DNA from: Candidatus Latescibacter anaerobius SCGC AAA252-E07
Lineage (GTDB): Bacteria; Latescibacterota; Latescibacteria; Latescibacterales; Latescibacteraceae
NCBI GenBank assembly: GCA_000403035.1
Contig: AQSL01000164.1
Coordinates: forward strand, 1 to 51,363
Reading direction: 5' to 3'
DNA length: 51,363 nucleotides
Under the pieces are notes generated by a model, which did not search any database, was not told where the DNA came from, and worked only from the letters and a program-made list of their open reading frames with translations. Position 1 is the first letter of the stretch, and every line of letters begins with the position of its first letter. Below are positions 27,137 through 37,174 of the stretch, one piece after another. Made by a program: the position numbers and the translations under genes.

Positions 27137-28147
27137 ATGTTAAAACGGTTATCCTGTTTGTTGTTTGTTGTTGAATTGATGATGTTTTTTGGCAGCCGGG
27201 CTCTATCACAAAACACTCCTGAGGGAACTGCCTGGATTACGAGTCACGGTTATGCCAACTGTGTTCAGCTTTCAAATAACACAACCCGTGTTATCCTGGA
27301 ACCGAACTGCGGTGGACGTGTACTGGAATACTTCATCAACGGGCAGAACTCGCTCTATGTCGATCCTCAGCAGGATGGATGGACATATACACCCGGTGAA
27401 AAGACAATAAATCCGTGCGCCGGACGTTTCGATATCGGCCCGGAGATGTCTGTTCCAAGACGTCCTGATCTCTGGGTAGGAAGGTGGAAAGCAGACATCA
27501 TCGGACCGCGTGCTGCCCGGTTGACAAGTGTCGAGGACACATCAACCGGTGTACAGCTCATCAGGGAGTTCAGACTCGACCGAGATTCTTCACATCTCAG
27601 CTGTATGCAGACCATCAAAAATATCAGCGATTCAACCAAGCAATACTTTCACTGGAGCCGCACTCTTGCAAAGGGCGGCGGCATCTGCCTCGTTCCGCTT
27701 ACTCCCGACAGCCGTTTCCCCCTTGGTTACATTTTCTATGGTCCCGGCCCGGTTTTAAATTACCGTCATGATGACCATCCTCATATTAAAGTCAGAGACA
27801 ATATCCTTGAACTGACATGCGCACCTCCCCAGCCGAAATTCGGTATCGATTCGTATGCCGGGTGGCTCGGATATATTACTCCGGACAATCTTCTGTTTGT
27901 AAAGAAATTCCCCGTCTACCCGGATCGTGTGTACGGTGAAGTCGCGGCATTTACCATTTCAATCTGGTATTATAAGGATGAAATGTGTGAACTGGAACCC
28001 ATCGGTCCACGAGAAACCCTTGCGCCGGGTGAAAGCGCCTCTTTTACAGAGGACTGGTGGCTGCTGTCGTATGATTTTCCCCGGGAAGGGGATACAATTG
28101 ATCTTGAGACATATAAGAGGTTTGTAAAGGAAAATACCCGTTTTTAA
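27137..28147 (+). CDS. Secreted protein, possibly with a galactose-mutarotase-like fold (DUF4380-like)
   Basis: Signal peptide after ATG 27137 (AGAGAGG RBS). The sequence looks like an all-beta pattern with a GGRVLEY motif. The domain assignment is tentative. Confidence 0.45.
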   Translation: MLKRLSCLLFVVELMMFFGSRALSQNTPEGTAWITSHGYANCVQLSNNTTRVILEPNCGGRVLEYFINGQNSLYVDPQQDGWTYTPGEKTINPCAGRFDIGPEMSVPRRPDLWVGRWKADIIGPRAARLTSVEDTSTGVQLIREFRLDRDSSHLSCMQTIKNISDSTKQYFHWSRTLAKGGGICLVPLTPDSRFPLGYIFYGPGPVLNYRHDDHPHIKVRDNILELTCAPPQPKFGIDSYAGWLGYITPDNLLFVKKFPVYPDRVYGEVAAFTISIWYYKDEMCELEPIGPRETLAPGESASFTEDWWLLSYDFPREGDTIDLETYKRFVKENTRF

Positions 28148-28174
28148 ATATTCATTATCATAGGTGGATTTAAG

Positions 28175-29047
28175 ATGAAAAAGAAAAGAATTTTTATTGT
28201 TATACCATTTTTATTTCTTTTATGTGCAACGTATTCTTTTGCACAGCAGCGAGAGGTACAGCCTGTTCAATTAAAGAAGATATCCAACCGCCTCTACGAA
28301 GTTTTAGGAGGACAGGGCGCAAGGGGCGGAGTATATATCGGCGATAAAGAAGTCCTGTTGATTGATGCAAAAATGGATAAAAAGTCAGTTGACCGGGTAA
28401 TTGAGGAAATAAAAAATATTACCGATAATCCGATAAAATATCTTGTTAGTACCCATAGTGATGCTGATCATATCAGGGGAAATCAGTATTTTCCCGATAC
28501 GGTAACCTTTATTGCTCATGAAAACTGCAGGAAAGAATTATTTCATCCTGACAGTAATGGCTATCCATCGGAATGGAACAATCCCGAATTAGCTCCTTTT
28601 ATGCCATCAGTAACATTTCGAGAAAAAATGGATATGTATATTGATTCACATAAAATTGAATTGTGGTATTTTGGTATCGGTCATACCACCGGAGACATTG
28701 TTATTTATTTTCCCGAAGAAAAAACAGCTTTTATCGGAGACCAGATAAGGTTAACAGGAATACCGTACATTCATTCTTTTAAGGGCGGAAATTCTTTTGA
28801 GAATGTTAAGAATCTTACAAGAATGCTTGAAACACTCGATGTAGATTCATTCTACAGCGGTCATGATGAAATGGTAGGTCGTGAGGAAATAATCGGTCAA
28901 ATTAACCTGATGAAAAAACGGCAGGAAAAGGTGAAAGAATTATGTGCACAAGAAAAAACCATAGAAGAAATAAAAAATGAGTTTCGTGAAAATGAAGCCA
29001 GATTGGTCGAGATTATTTATAATGAAATAATGAGCTCTTCCAAATAA
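28175..29047 (+). CDS. Secreted MBL-fold metallo-hydrolase
   Basis: Signal peptide. The STHSDADHIRGN metal motif is a variant HxDxDH, and GHTTGD lies downstream. Confidence 0.75.
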   Translation: MKKKRIFIVIPFLFLLCATYSFAQQREVQPVQLKKISNRLYEVLGGQGARGGVYIGDKEVLLIDAKMDKKSVDRVIEEIKNITDNPIKYLVSTHSDADHIRGNQYFPDTVTFIAHENCRKELFHPDSNGYPSEWNNPELAPFMPSVTFREKMDMYIDSHKIELWYFGIGHTTGDIVIYFPEEKTAFIGDQIRLTGIPYIHSFKGGNSFENVKNLTRMLETLDVDSFYSGHDEMVGREEIIGQINLMKKRQEKVKELCAQEKTIEEIKNEFRENEARLVEIIYNEIMSSSK

Positions 29048-29061
29048 TTTCTCCATAATTC

Positions 29062-29925
29062 ATGAGGATTATAGTGAGTATACATGCACTAAAACGATTA
29101 ATTCTTTTCGGTAATCTTATTCTTCTCTGGAACCCTTTTTGTGCAATCTGCTCATCATCAAATAACCAAAAAATGACGGACAATACAACTGTTTCATATA
29201 AAAATCACACTGCCGTTCAATCTAAAATGTATCCGGATTCTTTCAGGAATTTAAAAAATAATGAGTTGGTAATACTCCTTCATGGATTTAATAGAACAAA
29301 ACGTGACATGTCAACCTTAGAAAAGTTTTTCAGGTCACAGGGATACCATGTCGTAACACCAGATATCCCTATCTTGTTTTCCTCTCTGGAAGGTTGCACA
29401 AAAAAATTCGAGGATGAATTTAACAGTATCCGCAATAAGTATGACCGTGTTCATTTTGTCGGGCACAGTTTCGGAGGATTGATTATCCGGCTCTTTTTAT
29501 CCAGAAACCATGTCCCCAACCTCGGACGATGCGTGCTTATAGCTACTCCGAATAATGGAACCGAACTCGCAGCCATTATGGCTCGTTATTGTAAGCCCTT
29601 TACTTTCATATTTAAACCCTATCAATCAATACAACCAGGCAGCATAGAAATTCCTCCGCCAGCAAACAATCCGGCGCCGGAAATGGGAGCAATTGCAGGC
29701 AATAAGAATACACTCTTTCTCGGTCGGTTTATGAAAGGTGAAAATGACAGCCGTGTGCCTGTCGATTCTGTGTCTTTCGAAGGAATGAAGGAACTTATTG
29801 TCCTCCCCTATCATCACGAAGAAATCCATCACTGTCGTGAAACTGCTGAATTGGTTTTGAGGTTTATTCAGGAGGGCACTTTCGGATTATCACAAAAAAA
29901 TATGGAAAACAACAAAAACAAATAA
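29062..29925 (+). CDS. Alpha/beta hydrolase (lipase/esterase-like)
   Basis: GHSFGG nucleophile elbow, LLHGF oxyanion region and an N-terminal hydrophobic segment. Confidence 0.75.
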   Translation: MRIIVSIHALKRLILFGNLILLWNPFCAICSSSNNQKMTDNTTVSYKNHTAVQSKMYPDSFRNLKNNELVILLHGFNRTKRDMSTLEKFFRSQGYHVVTPDIPILFSSLEGCTKKFEDEFNSIRNKYDRVHFVGHSFGGLIIRLFLSRNHVPNLGRCVLIATPNNGTELAAIMARYCKPFTFIFKPYQSIQPGSIEIPPPANNPAPEMGAIAGNKNTLFLGRFMKGENDSRVPVDSVSFEGMKELIVLPYHHEEIHHCRETAELVLRFIQEGTFGLSQKNMENNKNK

Positions 29926-30213
29926 TGAACTATCCTTTTGATTATTTTTTAAGAATTTCCCCTTTGTAGTTTGAATTATTTTCTTTTTAGTATTCAACGC
30001 TTGAATGAGTATGGGATTCATATATTCCAGTGCCGAAAAGTACCTTCTGTGTATCAGCCGTCATTCCCCAAAAACCGAATCTGTTTCTGTGGCAAATAAT
30101 AAGAACGCAAGCATGATTATGTGCAAAGCATCAAACTTCACTAAGCCCGTAGTATCATCAAGGATTACGATGAGGCAGAAGGTATAGCTGTGCCGGAATT
30201 ACGACCTGCACTG

Positions 30214-31251
30214 TTATTTAACGACAGGTCTGGTGTTCATATATTCGATAATATATTCTTCTTTTTGCATGGCACCTGTGCTTGTGAAACTGCCGAGACT
30301 TACAGCAGCGGCAGCGGCAGCATATTTCAAAGCCTTCGCTTCACCCCAGTCCTGGTGAATACCATGAAGAAAACCGGATGTGAATGCATCCCCTGCTCCG
30401 ACATTACCGGCATATTCATCGGATGGAACCTTGAAATTCGGCTGAATTATCAAACCTGTAGATGCGCTGTACAGATAATTGAATCCTTTATCTCCACAAT
30501 GGACTACAGCAGTTTTCGCCCCGTAATCTTCAACGAGAGATTTCGCCGCTGTTTTCTCATCCGATATACCGGTTATGCACTCGGCCTGGTCCTCTCCTAT
30601 CGAAAGGATGTCAACCCATTTGAGCGTTTTTCGAAACCGCTTGTATTTCCATGCCTTATCACTTTTCAGCGAAACAAAGTCGGTGCAGGTTTGTATTCCC
30701 ATGCTGCGGACTTTCTTGAGAACACCGCCGATAACTGCACCATATTCGGGATCGACAGTGTCGAAAATCGGCATGAGCAGGCAATATCCCACTATAACAA
30801 TTTTCATATCCTCGAGCATAGAGTAATCAATATCTTCAGGACAAAAACTGCCCATGGCCCCGAAATAATACCTGAATGCACGGTTAATAATACCAGAAGA
30901 GTCATTTATGTACAGCACATGCGTTGTGGATGTGGGATGTTCGGTGGTTTCAATCAGGAATTCATCGGAAATTCCGTTTTTCCTGAGCGTAGATCTGATA
31001 CGTTTCCCGTTTTCATCAGCTCCAATCTTTCCCATAACCCTTATGGGATATGGAACACCCATTTTTGCAAGATTTAAGCTGTTATTTGTACAAAGTCCGC
31101 CAACAGTATATTCAATCTTTTCCGATTCATAATCATCACCTTTAAGATACCTGTCACCATCGGAATATACCAGGTTGCCCGGTTCTAAAATTTCATACAC
31201 AACATCAACAATTACACTGCCGACAAGACCGATCCCGCTCCTTTCTTTCAT
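30214..31251 (-). CDS. PfkB family carbohydrate kinase
   Basis: C-terminal GAGDAF motif and ribokinase-like layout. Start at MKERSGIG with an AGGTGA RBS. Confidence 0.85.
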   Translation of the reverse strand: MKERSGIGLVGSVIVDVVYEILEPGNLVYSDGDRYLKGDDYESEKIEYTVGGLCTNNSLNLAKMGVPYPIRVMGKIGADENGKRIRSTLRKNGISDEFLIETTEHPTSTTHVLYINDSSGIINRAFRYYFGAMGSFCPEDIDYSMLEDMKIVIVGYCLLMPIFDTVDPEYGAVIGGVLKKVRSMGIQTCTDFVSLKSDKAWKYKRFRKTLKWVDILSIGEDQAECITGISDEKTAAKSLVEDYGAKTAVVHCGDKGFNYLYSASTGLIIQPNFKVPSDEYAGNVGAGDAFTSGFLHGIHQDWGEAKALKYAAAAAAVSLGSFTSTGAMQKEEYIIEYMNTRPVVK

Positions 31252-31349
31252 AGTTTCACCTGTGTTAAAAAATCTTATCCCAAAAAGAATTATTGTCAAG
31301 CCACAAAGTCACATAGTCATAAAGGTGAAATAGTTACTATCCCTCTTAT

Positions 31350-32387
31350 CTATTCATTATCCGATTTGTTCAGTATATTTTGAACTGTCCTGGTAACAAT
31401 TTCAACAATTTCAGCCTCACATATAGCAGTCGGTGAACATTCTTCCTGCGATGAAGATTTATGCCCATCAAAAAATTCACTCTCCGCAAGACCGGTGTGA
31501 GTACCGCCGACAGGACAAATATTACCGGGCAGTGCGCATGCTTTTGCACTTCCGAAAACCGTAATGCGGTCCATAACAACTTCTTTTATCTTGGCTTTTG
31601 CTTCTTTGAGCAAATCCTGGATGAAAATATCCTCTGAGGCGCTGATGAGTTTCCGTACATGGTCTGTTGCAAGCTTGCTCATCTCGGTAAAGAAATTGAT
31701 TTTTCTGATACCCAACTGTACCGCTCTTCTGAAATCATCATCGGAAATACCTGAACCGCCGTGCAAAACAAGCGGAATTCCCGTCCGGTTTTTCAACTCT
31801 TTAATAAGATCGAAATCAAGTTCCGGTTCTCCTTCGTAAAAACCGTGAACATTTCCCACAGATACCGCGAGTGCATCTATACCGGTCTCCTTTACGAAAC
31901 GTTCTGCCTGTTCAGGATCGGTGAAATATTCACGTTTTGCTTTTGCCGTCTTCTTACCTCCCTCGGCACCTCCAACCTGCCCCAGTTCGCCTTCAACACT
32001 CACCCCAACCGCATGAGCCATTTCAACGACATGCCGTGTTTCCTCGATATTTTGTTCGTAAGGCTTTTTTGATGCATCGTACATGACTGCAGAAAAACCA
32101 CATCGCAGAGCACGTACAATTGCCTTAATTGATACGCCATGATCAAGATTCAAAACCACCGGCACAGAGGCCCTTTCAGCCATGTACCTGATAGCAGGGG
32201 TTATCTGCTCAATGTTGATATATGGGAAATGTACCTCGGCAATATTAATGATAATCGGCGATTTCATCGACTCGGCAGCTTCGAGTATGCCGTTGAGAAA
32301 ATCGAGGTTTATTACATTAAACGCACCAACCGCATAAGAATACTTTTCTGCATGATCAAGCATTTCAACAGTATTTACGAGTCCCAT
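31350..32387 (-). CDS. Class II ketose-bisphosphate aldolase (FbaA/GatY/KbaY family) with a C-terminal extension of about 62 aa
   Basis: AFNV, LNLDHG, LVLHGGSG and KINF motifs. The last 62 aa carry four Cys and lie beyond the usual family end. Confidence 0.85.
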   Translation of the reverse strand: MGLVNTVEMLDHAEKYSYAVGAFNVINLDFLNGILEAAESMKSPIIINIAEVHFPYINIEQITPAIRYMAERASVPVVLNLDHGVSIKAIVRALRCGFSAVMYDASKKPYEQNIEETRHVVEMAHAVGVSVEGELGQVGGAEGGKKTAKAKREYFTDPEQAERFVKETGIDALAVSVGNVHGFYEGEPELDFDLIKELKNRTGIPLVLHGGSGISDDDFRRAVQLGIRKINFFTEMSKLATDHVRKLISASEDIFIQDLLKEAKAKIKEVVMDRITVFGSAKACALPGNICPVGGTHTGLAESEFFDGHKSSSQEECSPTAICEAEIVEIVTRTVQNILNKSDNE

Positions 32388-32565
32388 GGTTTACTCCCGA
32401 TACTGTACTACACTTTTTTTAACTCCCTTTATATAAGCTAAATAGTATTCTATGATAATACAAAAAAATCATATTTTAAACAACATAATTTCCTGAAAAT
32501 ATTCATAAAAAATCCTGAAAACGAAGATAATAACCTTGATAATAGCAGTGTATAACATTATTCTT

Positions 32566-32738
32566 TATAAAACGTGGTGAAAAACCACCTTAGGAGAGGA
32601 ACATGCTGTCAAGGGTCAGCGCGAAGCACTGCTTTACTTGCCCTTGACAGCGTATGTAGGGGTAGGGCTTGACTCTACCCTAAATATAGATTTCATACAT
32701 GGGTGCGTGAAAAAGGTCTTTTTCACCGCCCTCTTAAG
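32566..32738 (-). repeat. Modular intergenic repeat, copy D (inverted orientation)
   Basis: The reverse complement carries all modules, plus an extra small hairpin insert (GGGTAG..CTACCC) in module 2. The -10-like hexamer is degenerate (GGTGGT). Confidence 0.8.
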
Positions 32739-32803
32739 ACAGTATACATGCCATAACTTATTGTATAAACTAAGGGATACATTCGGAAGGGAATAAAGTA
32801 AAC

Positions 32804-35632
32804 GTGCAAATAAAGACTGCCTGTGTATTATTTTATCTTCTGATAATCCTTATCTGTGCTCCTGAAGTCCATGCACGATATAATCCGGAAATTACATGGC
32901 GTACAGTTCGCAATGAAAATTTCACTCTCTACTATCCCGAGGGTCATGAAGCCTATGCTCGTCGTGTTCTTTCCCTTTCAGGTGAAGTTTACCGGGATGT
33001 AACAGGATATCTCGGTGAAAAACCCCGGCATTTGCCGGTGGTTCTCGATTCAGAAACCGACATGTTCAATGGATTTTATGCGCCGTTCCCGAACCGTATT
33101 TCACTGTTTGAAACTCCCCCCTACAAACTTACCGGGTTCGGAAGCGCTCTGAGTGATATTACCGATCTCGTGTTTACCCATGAATATACCCACTTTGTTC
33201 ATATAACTGCTTCGAGCGGGCTCTACGGTATCGTTCCGCGGATTTTCGGAAGCGACCTTGGCATCCTGAACGGTCTTTCTCCCGGATGGTTGATCGAGGG
33301 CATTACGACAAATACCGAGACGATATTTACCGATGGCGGACGTGGAAGGAGCGCCCTTTTCAGCGCTGAAATCCGCTCATTTACCGGGAACGGCATTCTC
33401 TGGAGCCGTTCCGCAGCAGGATCCATGTCGCCATACAGACCTCCCGGTAACAGAAGAATATATCTCAGCGGTTATTACATGGTGGAGTACCTGAACAGAG
33501 TTTACGGCAATGATGCTGTCGCACGTCTCAGCAATTACCAGAGTAAATATCCGATATTGGGGACCGGCCGTGCACTCAGGCATGTTACCAGGAAATCCTC
33601 AAAGACATTTTACCGGGAATTTCTCGATGATTTTATTTCAAGATGCGACAGTATAAAAGCTGTGGCAGAATCAAAAGGTTTCCCGGCGGGAAGAACATTG
33701 ATCAACCATGAACTCGATGAATACTGCACACATTTCTGGACTGACCAAGGCACGATAAAAGCTCTCCGTTCCGGATTTGAAAAGCAGAATGCGCTCGTGG
33801 AAATCGACCCGGATAACGGAGCAGTTGTACGGGAAATAAAGACCGGGATGATGCTGAATACCGAACCGGTCAGGCAGTTTTCCGATGGGCGGCTCTATTT
33901 TGGAGAAATCTTCTTCCATCCTCTCGGTGAAGGAGAAATTAATACTGCCGATCTGGTTGTGTTCGATCCGGAAAGGAAAACCCATACCCGTCTTACCCAT
34001 AACGCCCGATTGTTTTCCGCAGATTTGTCCCCGGACGAAAGAACATTCGTTGCAGCGCGCCGGGACGGTATGTGGATAGAGCTTGTTCTACTCGATACCG
34101 ATGGCACAAACATGCGCACACTGGTTTCGAAACAGGGACTGTACTTTCAATCACCATGCTGGTCTCCTGACGGCAAATCCATTGCGGTCGCTGCGAAATC
34201 AGGCGGGAAACTGGATATAGCTCTTGTCGATCCCCATACCGGAGATATCCGAACGCTCTTTGCTCCGGATAGTTACGGCGACAGTGACCCTTCGTTTTCT
34301 CCGGACGGGCGCTGGATAGTATTTACATCATCCCGTGACGGCATCTGGAACATCTATGCCTGGGACAGGAAATATGCCCGGCTTTCCCAACTGACATCAG
34401 TGACTACCGGGGCATATGAACCGCTGGTTTCTCCCGATGGGACAACGCTCTCATTTCTTGTGATATCCGAGGGTACGAAAGAGATTCGTGTTATGCCTTT
34501 CAATCCGGAAGCCGGCAGACAGTTAACTGTGGTGTCCGGAACTCCGCTCGATGAACCCGATTACTCCCGTGTTCAGCCTTCCGATCCCTTTAAAAGCAGC
34601 GGTATACCGTTTTGGGAGGCATATAAACCTTTCATCCATGCTCCCTTTATTGGTATGGACCAAGAGGGATCCACCTACGGGATCATGCTTATGGGACAGG
34701 ATCCTGTCGGGTTGAACGGATATACAGCAGGTGTGTGGCACGGCATTGAATCGGATCGCACAGGTTATATGCTTTCCTTTATGAACAGATCATTCTGGCC
34801 TGTAGTGAACGGAAGTATTTATGATAGCGCTCATAAAAACGCATTCTATAAACATGATGATGTCGTTGTACGTGAACGAGGCGCTGAATTATACCTTCAT
34901 CTTGATTTTATTCACCGGGCATTTCCAAGTATTCTCACTTCAGATTATAAAGCGGGGATACTTTTCAGGAGGTTTGACTCTCTCGATACATCCGAGATTG
35001 ACAGTTCACGGAACGAAGCGCTTTCGGTTTTTGGTGAAACGGTGTATACGCATATCCACGATAAAGCATCTCGTTCGATGGTACCCTCATGGGGTCAAAT
35101 AGTGGTGTTACGGGGTGAAAAATACATTACCGGCTCAGGCGGCGAAATTCCGGGACATAATCTTCAAATCAAGGCAAAACAGTTTTTTCCCTCCCCGTTA
35201 AAACATCATGGTTTTGAGCTGTCTGTCGCTCACCAGAATCAAAAAGGGACAGTTTACTTCGATAAGAAAGGATATATTCCGCGCGGTTTTGAGGTTGATG
35301 ACAACGAAGGTGGATTCAATCTGAGAAAAACGTTGAACATGTCTCTTGAATACCGTTACCCCATCTGGTTTCCTGACAGAGGTATCGGGCTGTATTTGGC
35401 GCATACTCATCTTCTGCGTGGTTCACTGTTCGTGGATTACGGCGCCGGATGGTCCGGTTCATTCAATGCCGATGAATGGGCAACAACTGCACAAACATCT
35501 CTCGGAGTAACAGTAACCGCACAAACAAGCTTTTTCTCACTGATCGGTCTGGAGTTCGGCATTGCCGCGGGTTATAAACCCCATGGGAAAGAAGGATTTA
35601 CAGAATTTATTCTGCAGGTAATGGGTATGTAG
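32804..35632 (+). CDS. Large secreted multidomain protein: HExxH metallopeptidase-like N-terminus, TolB-type PD40 beta-propeller repeats and a beta-rich C-terminal region
   Basis: GTG start with a signal peptide. FTHEYTHFVH is an HExxH motif. Repeats include SPDGKSIAVAA, FSPDGRWIVFTSSRDGIWNIYAW and SPDGTTLSF. The C-terminal third has alternating, outer-membrane-barrel-like patterns. Confidence 0.6.
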   Translation: MQIKTACVLFYLLIILICAPEVHARYNPEITWRTVRNENFTLYYPEGHEAYARRVLSLSGEVYRDVTGYLGEKPRHLPVVLDSETDMFNGFYAPFPNRISLFETPPYKLTGFGSALSDITDLVFTHEYTHFVHITASSGLYGIVPRIFGSDLGILNGLSPGWLIEGITTNTETIFTDGGRGRSALFSAEIRSFTGNGILWSRSAAGSMSPYRPPGNRRIYLSGYYMVEYLNRVYGNDAVARLSNYQSKYPILGTGRALRHVTRKSSKTFYREFLDDFISRCDSIKAVAESKGFPAGRTLINHELDEYCTHFWTDQGTIKALRSGFEKQNALVEIDPDNGAVVREIKTGMMLNTEPVRQFSDGRLYFGEIFFHPLGEGEINTADLVVFDPERKTHTRLTHNARLFSADLSPDERTFVAARRDGMWIELVLLDTDGTNMRTLVSKQGLYFQSPCWSPDGKSIAVAAKSGGKLDIALVDPHTGDIRTLFAPDSYGDSDPSFSPDGRWIVFTSSRDGIWNIYAWDRKYARLSQLTSVTTGAYEPLVSPDGTTLSFLVISEGTKEIRVMPFNPEAGRQLTVVSGTPLDEPDYSRVQPSDPFKSSGIPFWEAYKPFIHAPFIGMDQEGSTYGIMLMGQDPVGLNGYTAGVWHGIESDRTGYMLSFMNRSFWPVVNGSIYDSAHKNAFYKHDDVVVRERGAELYLHLDFIHRAFPSILTSDYKAGILFRRFDSLDTSEIDSSRNEALSVFGETVYTHIHDKASRSMVPSWGQIVVLRGEKYITGSGGEIPGHNLQIKAKQFFPSPLKHHGFELSVAHQNQKGTVYFDKKGYIPRGFEVDDNEGGFNLRKTLNMSLEYRYPIWFPDRGIGLYLAHTHLLRGSLFVDYGAGWSGSFNADEWATTAQTSLGVTVTAQTSFFSLIGLEFGIAAGYKPHGKEGFTEFILQVMGM

Positions 35633-35748
35633 ATGAACCGAAATTGCTACGTACAAATGGAAAGATTACGGAAAGATGAGAGCACACAGGATACACGACG
35701 TTCGGATACCTGGTATTGAAACAGATTATACGTTGTTCTTTCTATTCA

Positions 35749-36696
35749 TTATTCCCGGGATTCTATATATTCCATTAAATCTTTTCCGGGTACAGGTAAT
35801 TCGTCAATGTTCTCTTTCAACCAACCGGTAAATTGTCGTTCAATTTCATCAGACCATTTTGCATGTATCTGATTCAGCCCGTACCTTTTTTCAATAATCA
35901 TTTGAATTCCAAATCGGTCTCGCAAACCACCAATTTCAGCCGCTTTGACAACTTTCTCGGCGAGATGCGGCGGAATAAAAACAATACCCTCACGTTTGGC
36001 AAGAACAATATCTCCGGGCATGACCGTTACCTCGCCAATAATGACCGGTACATTGACGCCCATCATCATAACTTCACTCACCGATGCCGGGTGCCAGCTC
36101 CGAACAAACGCATTGAAACCGGGGATGTCTGCTATACCCTCGAGATCACGCACTGAACTGTTAATAATAGCACCTTTTCCGGTTTGTGCAAAAATTTCCG
36201 CGGCATAATTATCACCTATGAGTGCACCTTTTTCATGCTTTCCGAACCCATCAGCGACATATACATCACCCTCCTGCAGTAGTTCTACACCCCGGGAGTA
36301 CAGGTTACCGGTATTGCCGGCATCTTTATTTTTCTCTTCGTTGACTTCATTAACTTGCGGTCGGTACGGCATATACTGTACTGTCAGGGCCCTGCCGACA
36401 AGTACCTGACCGGGATGAACGCATTCCCACTTGCTGCCATCATACTGGTTTCTGTATCCTTCTCCATTCAGCACTCCATACGCAAGAGTAACCGGTACTT
36501 TTTTTATTCTTTCCAGGATATCATCCGAAACTCTTGGACGACCATCAAAAAAGCGCTCACCTGTCCATTCTTTCGTGTATTCAATGAGGTCTTCTTTTGT
36601 AAAATTGTGTACCTGGGCATCGATGGTTAAAGGTATCACACCGCATGTGAAAATAATACCTGCATACAGTACCGGTACGAATGCTTTGAGTTTCAT
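35749..36696 (-). CDS. RraA-family (aldolase/decarboxylase-like) protein with an N-terminal signal peptide
   Basis: EGDVYVADGFGKHEKGALIGDNYAAEIFAQTGKGAIINSSVRD matches the RraA/DlpA fold motif. The N-terminus is MKLKAFVPVLYAGIIFTCGVIPLTIDAQ. Confidence 0.6.
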   Translation of the reverse strand: MKLKAFVPVLYAGIIFTCGVIPLTIDAQVHNFTKEDLIEYTKEWTGERFFDGRPRVSDDILERIKKVPVTLAYGVLNGEGYRNQYDGSKWECVHPGQVLVGRALTVQYMPYRPQVNEVNEEKNKDAGNTGNLYSRGVELLQEGDVYVADGFGKHEKGALIGDNYAAEIFAQTGKGAIINSSVRDLEGIADIPGFNAFVRSWHPASVSEVMMMGVNVPVIIGEVTVMPGDIVLAKREGIVFIPPHLAEKVVKAAEIGGLRDRFGIQMIIEKRYGLNQIHAKWSDEIERQFTGWLKENIDELPVPGKDLMEYIESRE

Positions 36697-36979
36697 CGTG
36701 ATATCTCTCCCCTATTTCGTTTCATGGTGTCAATATATTTCACATAGTATACTATGTTTTAACCTGACAAATTCATACATTATTTTAATCACGAAGAACG
36801 TATCTATCGATACCATGATTAAAAAAAATCTTACCATGATTCATTGTCTGAACCATGCTAAGGAAATTATGTATTGGAACATTTAAAAAATTGAGGAAAC
36901 AATCGTGGAAACCTTACAAATAGAATTCTGGTTATGTTTCTGTGAAAACAACCTGATTTATCGAAACAATCGTTCAAAC

Positions 36980-37055
36980 TGGAGCCAACGGTCGGATTCG
37001 AACCGACTACCTATTCATTACGAGTGAATTGCTCTACCAACTGAGCTACGTTGGC
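36980..37055 (-). tRNA. tRNA-Thr (anticodon CGU), CCA encoded
   Basis: The reverse complement reads GCCAACG-TA-GCTCAGTTGGTAGAGC-A-ATTCA-CTCGTAA-TGAAT-AGGTA-GTCGG-TTCGAAT-CCGAC-CGTTGGC-T-CCA. Confidence 0.9.
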
Positions 37056-37174
37056 TCCCAACCGGAATAATTTACATAAATACTACGATAAAGTCAATCC
37101 AAAGAATCAACGGTGATCATAACCCATTCTTCCCATCCGATAACATCAAATTCAAGGTTCGAAGCTTTCTTGTA

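Noticed and set aside
30190-31077. 295-aa plus-strand ORF
   Set aside because: It is entirely antisense to the PfkB kinase gene, which has clear family motifs. Its own translation has no recognisable features.
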